Below the pieces are notes generated by a model, which was not told the origin of the DNA, searched no databases, and saw only the letters and a program-made list of their open reading frames with translations. Positions 22,050-35,255 of a stretch of 64,000 nt of DNA are shown piece by piece. The DNA lies in assembly GCF_018350175.1 (NCBI RefSeq), contig NC_058373.1, positions 111,292,001 through 111,356,000 on the forward strand, in the 5' to 3' direction. A program made the position numbers and the translations under genes. Position 1 is the first letter of the stretch, and the number at the start of each line of letters is the position of its first letter. Origin of the DNA: Felis catus (lineage: Eukaryota).

Positions 22050-22605
22050 GACCCCATCCCCCCACCCCAATCCCACTCTTTCATTGTCTTAGCAGCCTCT
22101 ATACCCAGGAACCAGGATCTCACACAGCCGCAGCCGGAGGGAAGCTCATCTTGATTCTTTAGGCCAGTCATGGGCATTCCTTGCTCTTGACAGTAATTGG
22201 TTTAGAAGTGAGCTGGATTAGAAGTGGGCAGCATGTACTACAATCCTGGGCGATGAAACTAAAAGAGAACGCTGGAGAAGAGACTTCTGGGAAATTCTCT
22301 GAGATGCTCTGGAGTTAAGATGTTGTTGTAAGAAGGACATCGTGCTTGAGCTGCTTGAGTTGCACCATGTTGCAAACATAAAGGGGGAAGCTTAGGTCAG
22401 TAGCCAGCATGTAAGAGTGGCAGATGGGAAAGGTTAGAGAGACCATGGTTCTTTGAGGACATCATTAAGCAGTGCACTGAGTTAGACAACCCCTGGAACA
22501 CTTCTGGACTCCCAATTATGTGTGATTAAAAAAACCAAAAAACCTCTTTATCATCAAATGCTTTTGAGTTGGGTGGTTTGTATTTGAAGTGGAAAGTCTG
22601 TCATT
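22050..22605 (+). mobile_element. MaLR LTR (MLT1J/K-like)
   Basis: gacttctgggaaa..ctttgaggacatcattaagc..cttctggactccc..ttgagttgggtggtttgtatttgaagtggaaag. Confidence 0.7.
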
Positions 22606-22729
22606 TTAGGTAAGAATAAAGATTGTAGATGGGAAGACATAGCAAAAGCAAAGACACTTTGAGGCAAGATTTTCTTTGAGAAAAGAAAACTCAAAGCATA
22701 TCTAGGGAAGAGTAGGTGGAATAATTTGG

Positions 22730-23230
22730 CATTCATTCATAGACTCATTCAACAAATATTTGTGGAGCCCGTACTATGCGCCAGGCACTGTTCTAGGGTC
22801 TGGGATGCTTTGGTGAACAAGGTAGACAGGATCTTCCTTCTCATGAGGTTTATTATCTTATGGAGGGAAAATGGGTGGGTAGTGGAGGAAGCACAGCAAA
22901 AATAATTTCAGGAAGTTATATGTGTGATGAAGGAACTAGAATACACTGATGTGATAAGAAGTGACTAGGGAGACCACTTTAGTTTGGGAAATGGTATGTT
23001 CAGGAGGCTTAGAGAGAGAAAGAAGCTGGCCAGGCTGAGAAGGTGAAATGAGGCTGGTGTGGCTAGAGTCTAGGGACAGAAGAGAAAGAAGAGGACAGAG
23101 AGAGAAGCAAGGCCAGGTCTGTGGGCTTTGGGCCACAGCAGGCAGAAAGAAAGGATTATTGGAGCATGTGAAGCAGGAGCATGATACAACCTGCTCACGT
23201 TGGTGGATCTGTGTGGTGGCATCATGGATG
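22730..23230 (-). mobile_element. L2 3' region
   Basis: cattcaacaaatatttgtggagcccgtactatgcgccaggcactgttctagg. Confidence 0.85.
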
Positions 23231-23548
23231 GACCCGAGTGGAGGACCCAGCCCTTACAAAAGACTGTAAGTCTGGGAAAGCAATCACTACCAGGTAACTT
23301 CCTTTCATTTCGAGGACCCAACCTAACATCGTGGCTCATTTGAGAATTTCAGGCATGGGATAAGGTCATCAGGGCAATAGTATTGGCAGAAACATTTTCC
23401 TCTGCTGAGTCACCCCCTTGGTCTGCCTTGCTCCTTCTTGTAGAAAAAAAAGCCAGCCTTGCCATAACACTAGATGCAAAGAATAGTGCCAATTAGAAAT
23501 AAGGGGATTCCCCAGGATGCTGGTCACATTAGGTTAGGAAAATGCTAG

Positions 23549-23806
23549 GACAGAGCTGTCCAAAATAAATCAAATGTGAGCCACATAGGTACTTTAAAAT
23601 TTTCTAGGGGCGCCTGGGTGGCTCAGTCGGTTGAGCGTCCAACTTCAGCTCAGGTCATGATCTCACGCTCCGTGAGTTCAAGCCCTGTCCGTGTCAGACT
23701 CTGTGCTGACAGCTCAGAGCTTGGAGCCCACTTCAGATTCTGTGTCTCCCCCTCTTTCTGCCCCTCCCCTGCTCATGCTCTGTCTCTCTCTGTCTTAAAA
23801 ATAAAA

Positions 23807-23837
<31 letters not shown>

Positions 23838-23990
23838 AAAAAATAAAATTTTCTAGTAGCCATCTTAAAAAAGTAAAAGAAAATAAAAAGATCAAATTAA
23901 CTTGAATAGTATATTTCATTTGAGCCAATGTATCCAAGATATTATCAATTCAATATGTAATTAATATAACAGTCATTAATGATCTATTTT
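23549..23990 (+). mobile_element. MER33 (hAT-Charlie) interrupted by a Can-SINE
   Basis: cagagctgtccaa..tgtgagccacata..aaattttctagtagccatc..aaattaacttgaatagtatatttc..tatccaagatattatc. Confidence 0.8.
23607..23843 (+). mobile_element. Can-SINE
   Basis: TSD taaaattttcta at 23595-23606 and 23844-23855; (AAAT)n tail. Confidence 0.95.
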
Positions 23991-24131
23991 TTTCTTTTCT
24001 TTCCCCTGAGCCTTTGGTATAAGAACATGGTGTGGGAAGGGAGGCCAAGTCAGGATGGAATGCTGGGTTTTGGCAATGGCTTGGTGCTTCTGCTGCACTG
24101 CTCTAGATCCATTCTCTAAAAGAGATATACT

Positions 24132-24465
24132 GGGAGCACCTGGCTGGCTCAGTTGGCAGAGCATGTGACTCTTTATCTTGGAGTTGTGAGTCCTAGCCCA
24201 CTTTAGGCATAACACCTACTTTAAAAATGAATAAATGAATGAATGAACTTAAAATTTTTTTTTTTAATGTTTATTTATTTTTGAGAGAGAGAGACAGAGT
24301 GTGAGGCAGAGAGACAGGGAGACACAGAATCCGAAGCAGGCTCCAGGCTATGAGCTGTCAGCACAGAGCCCATCGCGGGGCTCGAACTCATGAACCATAA
24401 GATCATGACCCGAGCCAATGTGGGAGGCTTAACCAACTGAGCCACCCCGGCGCCCCATGAATTTT
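24132..24465. mobile_element. Short Can-SINE (+) with a full Can-SINE (-) inserted in its tail
   Basis: + head at 24132; - copy at about 24253-24456; outer TSD aaaagagat[a/g]ta. Confidence 0.9.
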
Positions 24466-24909
24466 TTAAAAGAGATGTATTTGGTCAAAGGGCATTTTGG
24501 TACTCTAAATTAGTTTCCTAATCAGTTGTATCCATTTATGATACTACTCCCATGAATAAAGGTGTCAACATCACCAGCTTCAGATTTGGGAATTCACATT
24601 GTAATTTTGGGTTAATTTAGGAAAAGAGTTAATTTAGTAAAGTTAGTTAACTTAGTGAAAGAAATACTGTACTTCTCCTAATCTGCTTCTTTGATAACTA
24701 GTAGCATTAAATATTGTTCACACATTTATTAATATTTTTGTGTGAATTGTTTTCTTACAAGTCTTTGTTCCAATATTAGCCAAAGCCTTAATAAGATTCT
24801 TATCAAGTGGTGTCCAATTCTTGAGATAACAACACCATTAATCTTTTTTGTTCATATTTTTTGTAAATATATCTTCTAGTATGTTGTTTGTCCTTTATTT
24901 TGGTGATTT

Positions 24910-25139
24910 ATTATTTTTTTTAATGTTTTATCTATTTTTGAGAGAGAGAGAGAGAGACAGAGAGACAGAACCTGAGTGGGGGAGAGGCAGAGAGAGAGAG
25001 GGGGACACAGAATCCAAAGCAGGCTCCAGGCTTTGAGCTGTCAGCAAGGAACCTGACGTGGGGCCCAAATCCACAAACTGTGAGATTGTGACCTGAGCTA
25101 AAGTTGGAGACTTAACCGACTGAGCCACCCAGGTGCCCC
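24910..25139 (-). mobile_element. Can-SINE
   Basis: TSD tattttggtgattt on both sides. Confidence 0.95.
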
Positions 25140-25458
25140 TATTTTGGTGATTTTTTTTTTAACATGAAAAATTTCTTTTCTGAAATTTTCATGTTGTCAA
25201 GTACTTCAATCTTTTCTCTATAGTGATACTATATTCATGAAGTTTATTATCTTGTGGAGGAAAGACAGGTGGGAATGAAGGAAACATAACACAAATAATT
25301 TCAGGAAGTTGTTTGTGTGATAAAGAGAAAATACAGTACACTACTATGATAGAAAGGCACCAGAAGGGCCTTCCCACTAGCACCTTGATATTTAAAGCTA
25401 TTTTCTTCTAGACTTACTAGTTTAAAGCACACTTAAGTCTTTAAATAAAATAGAATTT

Positions 25459-25575
25459 GGGGCACCTGGCTGGCTCAGTTGGTGGAGTGTGCAGCTCTTG
25501 ATCTCAGGGTTGTGAGATTGAGCCCCACGTTGGGTGTAGAAATTACTTATAAATAAATAAACAAGCAAGCAAACA
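25459..25575 (+). mobile_element. Short Can-SINE
   Basis: ggggcacctggctggctcagttggtggagtgtgcagctcttgatctcagggttg. Confidence 0.9.
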
Positions 25576-26600
25576 AAATGGAATTCATGTTTTTACATAC
25601 AGTGTAAAAGGTGGATCTAAATTCTTTTCTTCCTCCCAAATTGTTCATCAGTTTCCCTCCACCATTTATAGAAAAAAAATCTTTATCTCATTGTACTTTG
25701 ACATCTTCATAATATACTAAAATTTTTATCAAAATTAGGATGCATTTCTGAACTTTCTATTATATTGAAGGAATCCATCTATTCTTACACCAAGACTTCA
25801 CTATCTTACTTTTATTGTTTTATAGGTTTTACTTTTGATAGATCTTGTTCACCCTCCTTATAATACCTCCTTCACTCCTCAACACATTTTCTTTCTTGCC
25901 TGTTTAGAATTTTCCTTTCTCTCTTTTTGTCATATGTTTAAAAACATCCTTCTGCTTTTTTTTTTTTTAACAAGAGTCTGCTAAATCTATAACTGAAATT
26001 GTAGGAAACAGGTATTTATGTAATATTTATTTCCTATCCGGGAACCTCTATTTTCCCATTCATTCACGTCTTTTCAGACAACGCAGAAGGTTTTGCAGCT
26101 TCCTTTGTAAAGAAATGTATGTATGTTTGCACACATATATAGTATCTTAGATTGGGTTTCATAGAAAATTGTCTCAGGTTTTCACAGAAGACACATGTAA
26201 CAAACCAGCCTGCAGTGCAGTTGCAACTGGGTCCGTAGCTGGTTGGGGTGAAGGAGGGAAGGGGGTAGGGACCGAAAGAGATGCTCTGGAAACAGAATGG
26301 GACACTGAGGTTTAGCAATTTACAAATACAATCTTTGAGCGGATCAGAATGCTCAAGTCAGCCTGACAGTCACATTGTCTCTCCTTAGATTGGCCTCAGG
26401 GATGGCCGGGCTGTCAGGTGATGGTTAGTATTTGCCTTTCAAAGATTTGTACTCTGCATGATCCCCTCATAACAAATGGGACTGCTCTTTTCCCCCTTGA
26501 CAATATGGCAAATTATCAAGCTTTTTGATCTTTGACAATATGGAGATGCAAAATGGCATCTGATTTGGTTTTTGTTGTTTTTAATTGCTAAATGACTAGA

Positions 26601-26643
26601 TTTTTTTTTTTTAAGAGAGAGAGAGAGCCTGAAAGCAGCAGTA

Positions 26644-26681
<38 letters not shown>

Positions 26682-26792
26682 CCTAAAGCAAGATCCATGC
26701 TCTATCTTATGATCCTGAGATCACCTGAGATCATGACCTGAGTGGAAACCAAGAATCGGGCACTCAACCTAGTGAGCCACCCAGGCGCCCCC
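26601..26792 (-). mobile_element. Can-SINE
   Basis: (GA)n and gagccacccaggcgcccc. Confidence 0.9.
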
Positions 26793-26964
26793 CACCCCCA
26801 CCCCTGTTTGGGTTTTGAAGTGTGTTTCTCTTTAAGAGTGAGGTTGAGTTTTCCATAAGTTCAGTAGTCATTTGTATCTCATTTTGAAGCTAGCATGATC
26901 TGGACTTTGTATCCAATTCGTGCCTTGCAGAACCAGGGCATTCCTTTTATATCTCCATAGCTTC

Positions 26965-27650
26965 TGTTATCAGTTCAGGTTCATTTTGATTGCCAGTTGC
27001 CTAAAACCCTGACTCAACTGACTTTAGCAGGAAGGAAAATCTTTTGTCTTACATGATATCATCTCCTGGGATACAGTAGTTCTAGAGCTGGCTAATTCAG
27101 CTACTCACCAACACCATCGAGGTGCCCGGTCTTTCTGTCTTTTTGATTGCCACCCTCCGACTTGATTACCTCCTGCTCTCCAGAAGGCTGCATCATAGCC
27201 AGGCATCCCATTGAGGCAATACAGGATCCAGTAGAAGAATGGCTGTTTCTTACCATGAGCCACTTTTTAAAAAGTTTTTATTCATTTTGAGGGAAAGATC
27301 AACAGTGTGTACGTGTGAGCAGGGGAGGGGCAGAGAGAGAGAGAGAGGGAAAGATGCTCAGTGCTGGGGTGGGGGGGGCGGGGGATCCAACTTGGGGCTC
27401 AAACTCATGATTTGTGAGATCATAACCAAAGCCAAAATTAAGAGTCGGGTGTTTAAACGACTGAGCCATCAAGGCGCCCTACCATTTGCCTTTTCTTAAG
27501 AACATGGGAACTTTTCTTGAAGTCCCTTCTTAGAAAATATGCCCTTAAATCTCATTAGTCAGACTTGAGTTTTATGTCCGTTCCTAAACTAATAACTGGC
27601 AAGGAGCCTGCGACCATCATATTTGGCTCATGTGAATCAGGATTTTCCCT
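26965..27650 (-). mobile_element. MaLR LTR (MLT1K/L-like) interrupted by a Can-SINE at about 27263-27479
   Basis: aaaccctgactcaactgactttagc..cttaaatctcattagtcagacttgag..cctaaactaataactggcaagg. Confidence 0.7.
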
Positions 27651-27839
27651 TGAATTATAATGAGTACAAGTGCACACTCTGTTGTCCCACCCCCACTTCT
27701 CAAATAATTGGGGTGCTGCCAACAGGACATGTGGACTGGTTGTAGGGGGACAATCAACTGTGATTGCCACAACTTTGCATATGGTATCCTCTTTGCCTAA
27801 TATGGCCCTCCTCTACTTATCCTCCCATCTGTCATTCAT

Positions 27840-28097
27840 CTTTCAAGTATAGGCTAGGGTGGCTGGGAGGTAATCTTCTTTGTCTCCTCTAGGGTGGGTG
27901 GTTAACTCCCATCGCCTCCCACAGCAGCCTGTGCCGCCCCCATTACACTGCCTTGTAACTCAGATTTCCTTGCTCAATCTCCTGCCACACCCCAGCTCCT
28001 TGAGGGCAGAGACTGGGTCTGATTTGTTTCTGTTTCTCTAGCCCCTAGGACAGGGCACAGTACAGACACTTACTTAACTCATGCTCCTTGAATGAAA
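27840..28097 (+). mobile_element. L2 3' end
   Basis: agctccttgagggcagagactgggtctgatttgtttctgtttctctagcccctag..ttgaatgaa. Confidence 0.8.
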
Positions 28098-28384
28098 TCC
28101 ATTTGCTAGTATTTTATTTTAGAGTTTCAAGTCCAGATTCACAACAGAGACCAATTTATAGTTTTATGTTTGTGAATGATTTGTCTGCTGAGATTTGGAA
28201 TTGGGATTATCTTTCCACATACAGCAAACTGAAGAGTCTGCAGAACAAATTGTTTAATTTGTGGATTATTGATTCCTTAAAAGTCCAGAAGTTCAACAAG
28301 TATTTCCTGAACACATATTATGTGTTGGGCTCTATCCCACTTGGCTCTTTATACAAGGGCAGTGTGAATGTGTTTATGCTTTAA

Positions 28385-28555
28385 GGCAGCATTTTTTCAG
28401 ACTGTAGGTCGAGATCTGTTCATGGGTAGTGAAATCAATTTTGTGAGTCAAAAACCATTATTAAAAGGGAAAAAAAAAGAATACCGTAGAGTAGAACAAA
28501 CTGTATCAGAATCAGAATGCATCACTCTTGGTGAAACTTTATATATATATAAATA

Positions 28556-28605
<50 letters not shown>

Positions 28606-28857
28606 TGTATATATGTAGTATATATATAGTATATATATTATATATTTTATATATATTATATATTATATAGTATATATAGTATATATGTATATATATAGTA
28701 TATATTATATATATAGTATATATAGTATATATATACTATATATATATTATATATATATAGTATATATATAGTAATTTGTTTATATAATGTTCTGGGTCAA
28801 GATATAAAATTTATTTTTTATCATTGGTGACAGTCAAAAAAGTTTAAAGCCAGTGCT
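28385..28857 (+). mobile_element. Non-autonomous hAT-Charlie element containing a TA expansion
   Basis: cagcattttttcagactg..gggtagtgaaatcaatttt..tgggtcaagatataaaat..gtcaaaaaagtttaaagccagtg; terminal inverted repeats cag...ctg-like. Confidence 0.65.
28540..28772. repeat. (TA)n / (TATAG)n microsatellite
   Basis: Seen directly in the sequence. Confidence 0.97.
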
Positions 28858-29044
28858 TCAGGGGCCAATATATTTTCTTTTCTCTTTCTCTTTGAAGTAT
28901 ATGTTTTTCTACTCCTAATGTCTGGGATCCCTGAAAGGAGAGAAAGACAAAGCTTTGGGGTTCTACTTCCCACCCCACACTCCTGCCCCAAGCCAGCTCC
29001 CCACCTCCCGCTCCCAGCCTTAGATTTGGTTGGCCTCGCACAGA

Positions 29045-29222
29045 GTTTAGAGTCAGAGGCAGAAATTCAATCCGAGGCTCCGGGACTCATTATCTGAGAA
29101 GCCTTGGGCAAGTCACTGGACCTTTCAGAACATCTGTTTCTCTTTTGTGAGGTAAAGATAACAATACTTGTCCCACGAGGAAATTAAGAGGATCCAGTGA
29201 AATGTGTGCAAGTAGTTTGTGG
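29045..29222 (+). mobile_element. MIR
   Basis: ccttgggcaagtcactggacctttcagaacatctgtttc. Confidence 0.75.
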
Positions 29223-30017
29223 TTTAGCAAACTCCCTCCAGTTCCTCAGACGTAGCCCATGGGTTAAAAAAATTCTGTCTCCTGAGAAAGGAGGAAAGAC
29301 CTCAAGGAATGACCCCAGAGAGAAAGTTAAGAGGGGCTCCCAACACCCAGGGGCTGCAAATATTTGAATCAAAAAACGGGGGGAAATCAATGGGAAAAGG
29401 TCAGACTCTCCTACTTCTCTAATGAGCAGTAATTTTTAAATTTTTCCATGGAGCACACTGTCAGGGGGTGCTGATGATATGCTGCTATGTTCCCTGTTCA
29501 TAAACATTTGGAGGAAGGTAATCGGACTCTATCTTCCCTTCACCCCTTGCAGGAGGCGTGCTGGGAGACACCCAGCCTGAAGAGCACTCACGTTGGGCAT
29601 TGTGGCTGGGGGGGTGAGGTGGGGTGGAGTGGGATGGGGTAAGAATAGGGTGGCTCAAAGGAGAGGAAGCCAATTGGAGTGTTTGTTGTATCTTGAGGGT
29701 CATTCCTCACACATCTGAAATTCTCTCTTCTGTGACTATCGCTGGGCAACCGTGACTGTGGACAAGTTGGGCATAGGCTATCCTTCCTGCTCATTTTCTC
29801 TAGCTATAAGCAATCCACCACCCTGGAAAACTCTCTGCTCCCTTCACAGCCCAGGTTCTTCTGCTGTCAGCTGTGTGAACAGGAAGCCATACATGTGGTT
29901 CCTTAAAATAAAAAGTTATTTTTACTTGTTTGTTGTTGCTCCTGAATTGTTGAGACTTGGAAGAAAGATTCTGTAGGGGATCATGCTCCCCCACATCCCA
30001 AAACACATACACGCATG

Positions 30018-30018
<1 letters not shown>

Positions 30019-30058
<40 letters not shown>
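30019..30058. repeat. (CA)n microsatellite
   Basis: About 20 uninterrupted AC units. Confidence 0.98.
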
Positions 30059-30060
<2 letters not shown>

Positions 30061-30662
30061 CCCTTGAGAGAAGATGGGAAGTTGGTTTGTCTGGGTTGGC
30101 TGCTGGGGAAGGGGAGGCTGATACCCTGCCTGGGATTTGTCTTTGTTTCCAAACAATGCCGAACAAGAGGAAATGGAATTCCGGGAGTTTTAGGTAAAGA
30201 CTGGGGGTCCCCAAGAATCCAGTGGCTCTTTGCTTGTTGGTTTGGTAATTATTTTCCAGTGACTCCATCCTTATGGAGTCCCGTCCAGGATCACAGCCTC
30301 TCTTTCCCTGTTCTCTGACACATTTCAAACCAGCCTTGACCCTAAGGGTGCCAGGCTTCACCGGCATGCCTGGTGGAAGAGGTGAGGAAGCAGGCAGGGG
30401 TAGTGATACCTGCTGCCAGTACCAGGGAAAGAGAAAGATCTCCACCATCCGAGAAGAGCTATAGCTTGCTCAATCTCCCCAGCACACCTGGGTGTGTCCA
30501 TTTACCCACATTTGTGTCTAGTTATACTTTCTCCACAGTCACCAGTGACCGTGAAGTAATCAGGTTCCGTGGCTTTTTCTCAGGCCTCATCTTCCACCTG
30601 ACAGCCCCTCTTTCTTAAATGCTCACCCTAGTGAGCTAATTCTCCCTCTACTTCTTGGACAA

Positions 30663-30664
30663 TT

Positions 30665-30740
<76 letters not shown>
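30663..30740. repeat. (TTTC)n tetranucleotide STR
   Basis: About 19 perfect units. Confidence 0.98.
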
Positions 30741-32374
30741 TTCTGCATTGCAAATTTATGATCCCCCCCAAACCTGTCTTTAGCCCTTTTCTTTCTTTAC
30801 TTTCCCTCTCTCTGGGCAAATTTTCATTTCTTTCACCACTGACCACGTAATATTTTGTTGAGACATATTTTCTTTCAAGAATAGTAACTAGCTTAGGCTA
30901 AGGGCAGGTTTACATTATCAAGTGTCTACAAAGCCAAGTGCAGAAGCGAGGGTAGGTTTCTGCCAGGGCTGAACCCAGGAATTTGTAGGCTCCCAAGAAG
31001 GCAGGCAGAGTTGGCTGAAGTACTGGTCTGTTCCTCTCTCCTTGTCTGCTCACGTCTGCTTCCTGGTTATCTCGTATCTTTCCCCTCCTCTCCTTTCTTG
31101 GGTTATCATCTTACCTGAGGCCTTCATGACCTCGTTAGTGATTTCCTTACTGTTGGTTGTATTCTTCATCCAAGCAATTTTATTTCAACAGTATCCCCTC
31201 TGCCTTGGGTCCCATGCTTTAGCGGGCTCCCCTCTGGCCCACTTTGGCTATACTTCTCCACGGGGTAAGGAATCCATAGGGCCAATGGGATGTTTCCACC
31301 CAAAGTCCCTGCTCCCCTTCTAGAGCTTATTTCCTGGACCTGGGCCAGCCTTTCTTCAACGTACATTCTTCTGAGGACAGATCGCACCACTGTTGTACTT
31401 ATTCTTAGGCCTGAAAGGTGCCTAATGGGTAGTTGTTTGTTGGAGAGGGGTAGGGTGAGGAGGGAGTGGGGATGTGGATGGAGCTTGGACACGTCCATTG
31501 AATGTGCTCAAGGCCCCTTGCCCTGTGGGATAAAGCTCGAACTGAGAATGAGCCAGGGGCCAGGAACCAGCTTTCCCCCTAGCATTCCACCCAGCATGGA
31601 ACTCAGAGAAATTCAATAATTCTATATTTGAACCTGGCCTTCCATGTTGTTATGAAGGTTTAAGTATGGTGGGGGGTGTGTGTGGAACTTTTTTATTTAA
31701 TAGTTGTTGGTTTGGTTTATAGCTTTTTGACATGTGATGTGGGCCTCCTTTGGACTCATGCCCTGGTCCCCACAGACCCCAGGGGCAAGTCTGTATTTCA
31801 CGATGGCCAGTTTTTTAAACAAATATATTCCCTAAACAATCCTCTGATTAAATCATCACCTGCCTCAAAACGTTTGATAATGACTGCTACTGCTTACTGG
31901 GGAGTGAGAGGCTGTGGTTGTTCATTATTTTGGATCAGATGCAGCTGAAAGGTAGGACCTGCCTTTCATCCGAAAAAGGCTCAGGCCAGGCTTGAGCAGG
32001 CAAGGGAACAGCTTGCTGCTCAGAGCTCACTGGGAAGGCTTGGAGGACAGAAGCCAGGGCAGACTGACAACCAGTGTTTGGAATCTCAAGCTGAGATGGT
32101 ATAAGCTCTTGCAGATAAGGGTCGGAAAACCAAAGGCATTTCTAAGGTAAGCTGTCAAGAAGTGGCCAGGCTGAAGCTGTGGAGGAGGGCAGGGAACACA
32201 CACAGATAAAGCAGACTTGATTCCCAATGTCACTTTTTGCCTCTGTTCCAGATTTGTCTATAGTTCCCACGTGTTGGAACTTGTCCTAGCCTAATCCACA
32301 AAAGACGCTTCTAGGGGGTGGGCATGGACAACAGCAACAAGGCTTAATATTTAGCAGGACTTGGCAATCGCTCC

Positions 32375-32503
32375 TTTTTTTTTTTTTTTTGTCCTAAATC
32401 TTTTTTTATTTTTTAAGTGATCTCTATGCCCAGCATGGGGCTCGAACTTACCACCCTGAGGTTCAAGAGTCACATGCTCTACTGACTGAGCCAGTCAGGC
32501 GCC
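32375..32503 (-). mobile_element. Short Can-SINE
   Basis: ggggctcgaacttaccaccctgaggttcaagagtcacatgctctactgactgagccagtcaggcgccc. Confidence 0.9.
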
Positions 32504-33471
32504 CTTCGGCAATAGATTCTAATGAGGAACTCAGAACAATAATGAGCACATTATATTTATAATCAGTCTCCTATTGAACGTCTTTAAAGTGACTGAATTT
32601 GGGAGACAGTCCATTTAGACCAGGGAGAGGGTAAGTGGGTAGGACTAGAGTCAGAGGAAGTGGACTAGGGCAAAGTGACGTCCCATAACCTCCTCTGCAC
32701 TTCCGAGGCTGAGTCAGGTGCTCGTGCTGGAGAGAAGATGTGGGACTGAATCCAGGCTAGGGCTTCCTTTGGGCACAGCACCACCTGCCAAGGCAGTGCC
32801 ACCTGTGGTATTCTCATTCCAGATGTACAAGGATCAAGAGCTTCACGGAGGAGCTGTTGCTGAGCATGGGAGAAAATAGGTAATTTTAAAAATAGGGAAT
32901 ACGGAGGAATGTGTATTTTAGAAAAAGCCTTGAGTTTAAGACTAAAAAAAAAAAAAAAATTGCATGCACAGCTTTCCTGGACTTCAAAAACAGACATTAA
33001 GGATAGACTCCCCCAAATCTGTCCACCAGGCTGGGCTTTCACGTAAAATTGTTTCATCTCAAACTCATTGGTATGGGTCTTAAAGGAGGAGTATCCTGGC
33101 ACTTTGGGAGGGATGCTGATGACTTAAGCGGCTGTGTTGTGAGGAACCTGAAGGGCCCCCTTACCCAATGCTCCTTATACCAGCGTGCATCAAAACCACT
33201 GGGCCCTGCTTGTTCCAGGTGCAGAGTTTATAAGATTTTTTTTTTCCTATGTCCCCAAAGTTATCTCTTGAAAGCAACCGTAGTCAGGTTCTTACTTTTC
33301 CCAACAAAGCCACAAATTATTTTTTTATATTTAAAATTTTAAATCAGCTACTCTGGCTTTACCAAGGGAAAATAAAATCCCACTTGCAGAAGCTTAGGCA
33401 TGGGCAAAATTAAGTTAAAATTTTTCTCCATATTAATTTAGAAATAGTAATAAAAGCAAAATGTTCTAAAG

Positions 33472-33492
33472 GTTACGTCAATCAGGGTCCTG

Positions 33493-33523
<31 letters not shown>

Positions 33524-33902
33524 GCCTGAGAGTGAGTTATTTGAGAGAAGCGTAATAAAGACATTGTTTACAAAGTATAGGCTGGGCTTAGACAAAGAAG
33601 AGGGAATGGTGCCCTACTCTTGGTTTGGTAAGTGCAGGAACCATTAGCATCAATAGGTCTAATAGGGCGACGGGGGCAGAACCAGCTAAGGGGACCCAGA
33701 AAGAAAGCCGAAGGGGAGGGCAGGATCACAGGAAGGAAGGAGAGAAATAAATATGCCAAGCTGTCGGCCCATCCTCCCAGACGCTGGAGAGCAAAGGGAG
33801 CCCATCAGTGCAAACCCCTGTGGTGCAGCCTCTTGGGGAAAAGAGCAGGTGGAGAAGGGTAAAGAGTGGATCTGAGGGGCAAATGGAGAAAATCCAGCAT
33901 CC
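33472..33902 (-). mobile_element. ERVL solo LTR (LTR33-like)
   Basis: tcagggtcctggca..agagcaaagggagcccatcagtgca..gagtggatctgaggggcaaatggagaaaatccagca. Confidence 0.6.
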
Positions 33903-34405
33903 ATCAGAGACAGCTCAGGAACTCGAGTGGCAGTTGTGTGTTTTCACCAGCCCCAAAGAGAATAGTAAAGCGATTTGCTTTTCTGTCATCTTGTTTATAT
34001 TACCTTGTAACATGTGTATAGAAACATATTGTCAATAGATGTTAAGGTCTTGTATCAGGGGAGGGGAATGGAATCCTGTGCCTGACGCCCAGTTCCATAG
34101 AATCAAGTCTCACTCCAGACATGTGAACTTTAAGCAAGCACTCTAAATGACGCACATCCAGCTTTTAGAACCACTGCGCTACAGAATGAAAGGGTGAGTG
34201 ATAGCAGTTATCTGGTAAGGAAAGTGGAACACTTATCTATGTTGGGAAAACAGCTCTACGCCAAATATGGATGCATGTAGACAAGGAAAAGGCAGGAGAA
34301 CAGACAAATGAGAACACTTGGTTGGTGAGGGGGTTCCAAGTTTTAAAACATTTTTTTTTTGCTATGAAAATGTTCACAACAGAGCTTATTAAATTGAAAA
34401 CACTT

Positions 34406-34446
34406 CTTTTTTTATTTTATAATTTTTTTTTACATTTTTATTTATT

Positions 34447-34483
<37 letters not shown>

Positions 34484-34649
34484 GCACAAGTGGGGGAGGG
34501 GCAGAGAGAGAGGGAGACACAATCTGAAGCAGGCTCCAGCCTCCAAGCTGTCAGCACAGAGCCTGACATGGGGCTCGAACTCACAGACCGTGAGGTCATG
34601 ACCTGAGCTGAAGTCAGACGCTTAACTGACTGAGCCACCCAGGCACCCC
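34406..34649 (-). mobile_element. Can-SINE
   Basis: T tail, (GA)n, canonical head. Confidence 0.95.
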
Positions 34650-35041
34650 AAATTAAACTTCTAAGATAAGTTGGAGAAGGTAAAACATTAGGTCACCGCA
34701 GGGTCTGACCCCAGTCCCGAGTTGTCCCTAGAACTTAACCATGGGATCTAAGTTCTCTTGGTCCCTGTTAAGGGCTTCTCAGAATCCCAGAGTCTCCCAA
34801 GCTAACTTAGTCCTGAACAGACACCAAGAGGGAACATCTGTGGCCTGAAAGAAGGTCAGACCCTGACCTGGCTTCACAGAACCCCACAGGAAGTACAAAT
34901 GGGCAGGCAGCCACTATTGACAACGATCCGCCTTCTCCTGTGCCTGAGCTGAGTGGTTGAACCTTTGGGACTTGGGCTGAGAAGTCCCCTTCTATTGCTT
35001 TCCTTGTCAGCAGTTCCCAGACAGTGAAAGTTATCTGCCCA

Positions 35042-35255
35042 GGGGCGCCTGCGTGGCTTGGTCGGTTAAGCATGTGACATTGGCTCAGGTCATGATCTCA
35101 CGGTTCGTAAATTTGAGCCCCACGTCCAGCTCTGTGCTTACAGCTCAGAGCCTGGAGCCTGCTTCAGATTCTGTCTCCCTCTCTCTCTGCCCCTCCCCCT
35201 CCCCAAAAATAAACAAAAAAAAAAAAAAAAAAAAAAAAAAAGAAGAGAAAAGAAA
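35042..35255 (+). mobile_element. Can-SINE
   Basis: TSD gaaag[t/c]ta[t/c]ctgccca at 35026-35041 and 35256-35271. Confidence 0.95.

Larger units (their letters stand above)
24480..26070 (-). mobile_element. Degraded old L1M fragments
   Basis: T-rich antisense L1-like pieces (tttgataactagtagcattaaatattgttcacacatttatt; aaaggtggatctaaattctttt..ccaccatttatagaaa). Confidence 0.55.

Noticed and set aside
29800..30846. Long ORFs with CVCVCV, HTHTHT and KERKKERK runs
   Set aside because: Translations of (CA)n and (TTTC)n microsatellites.
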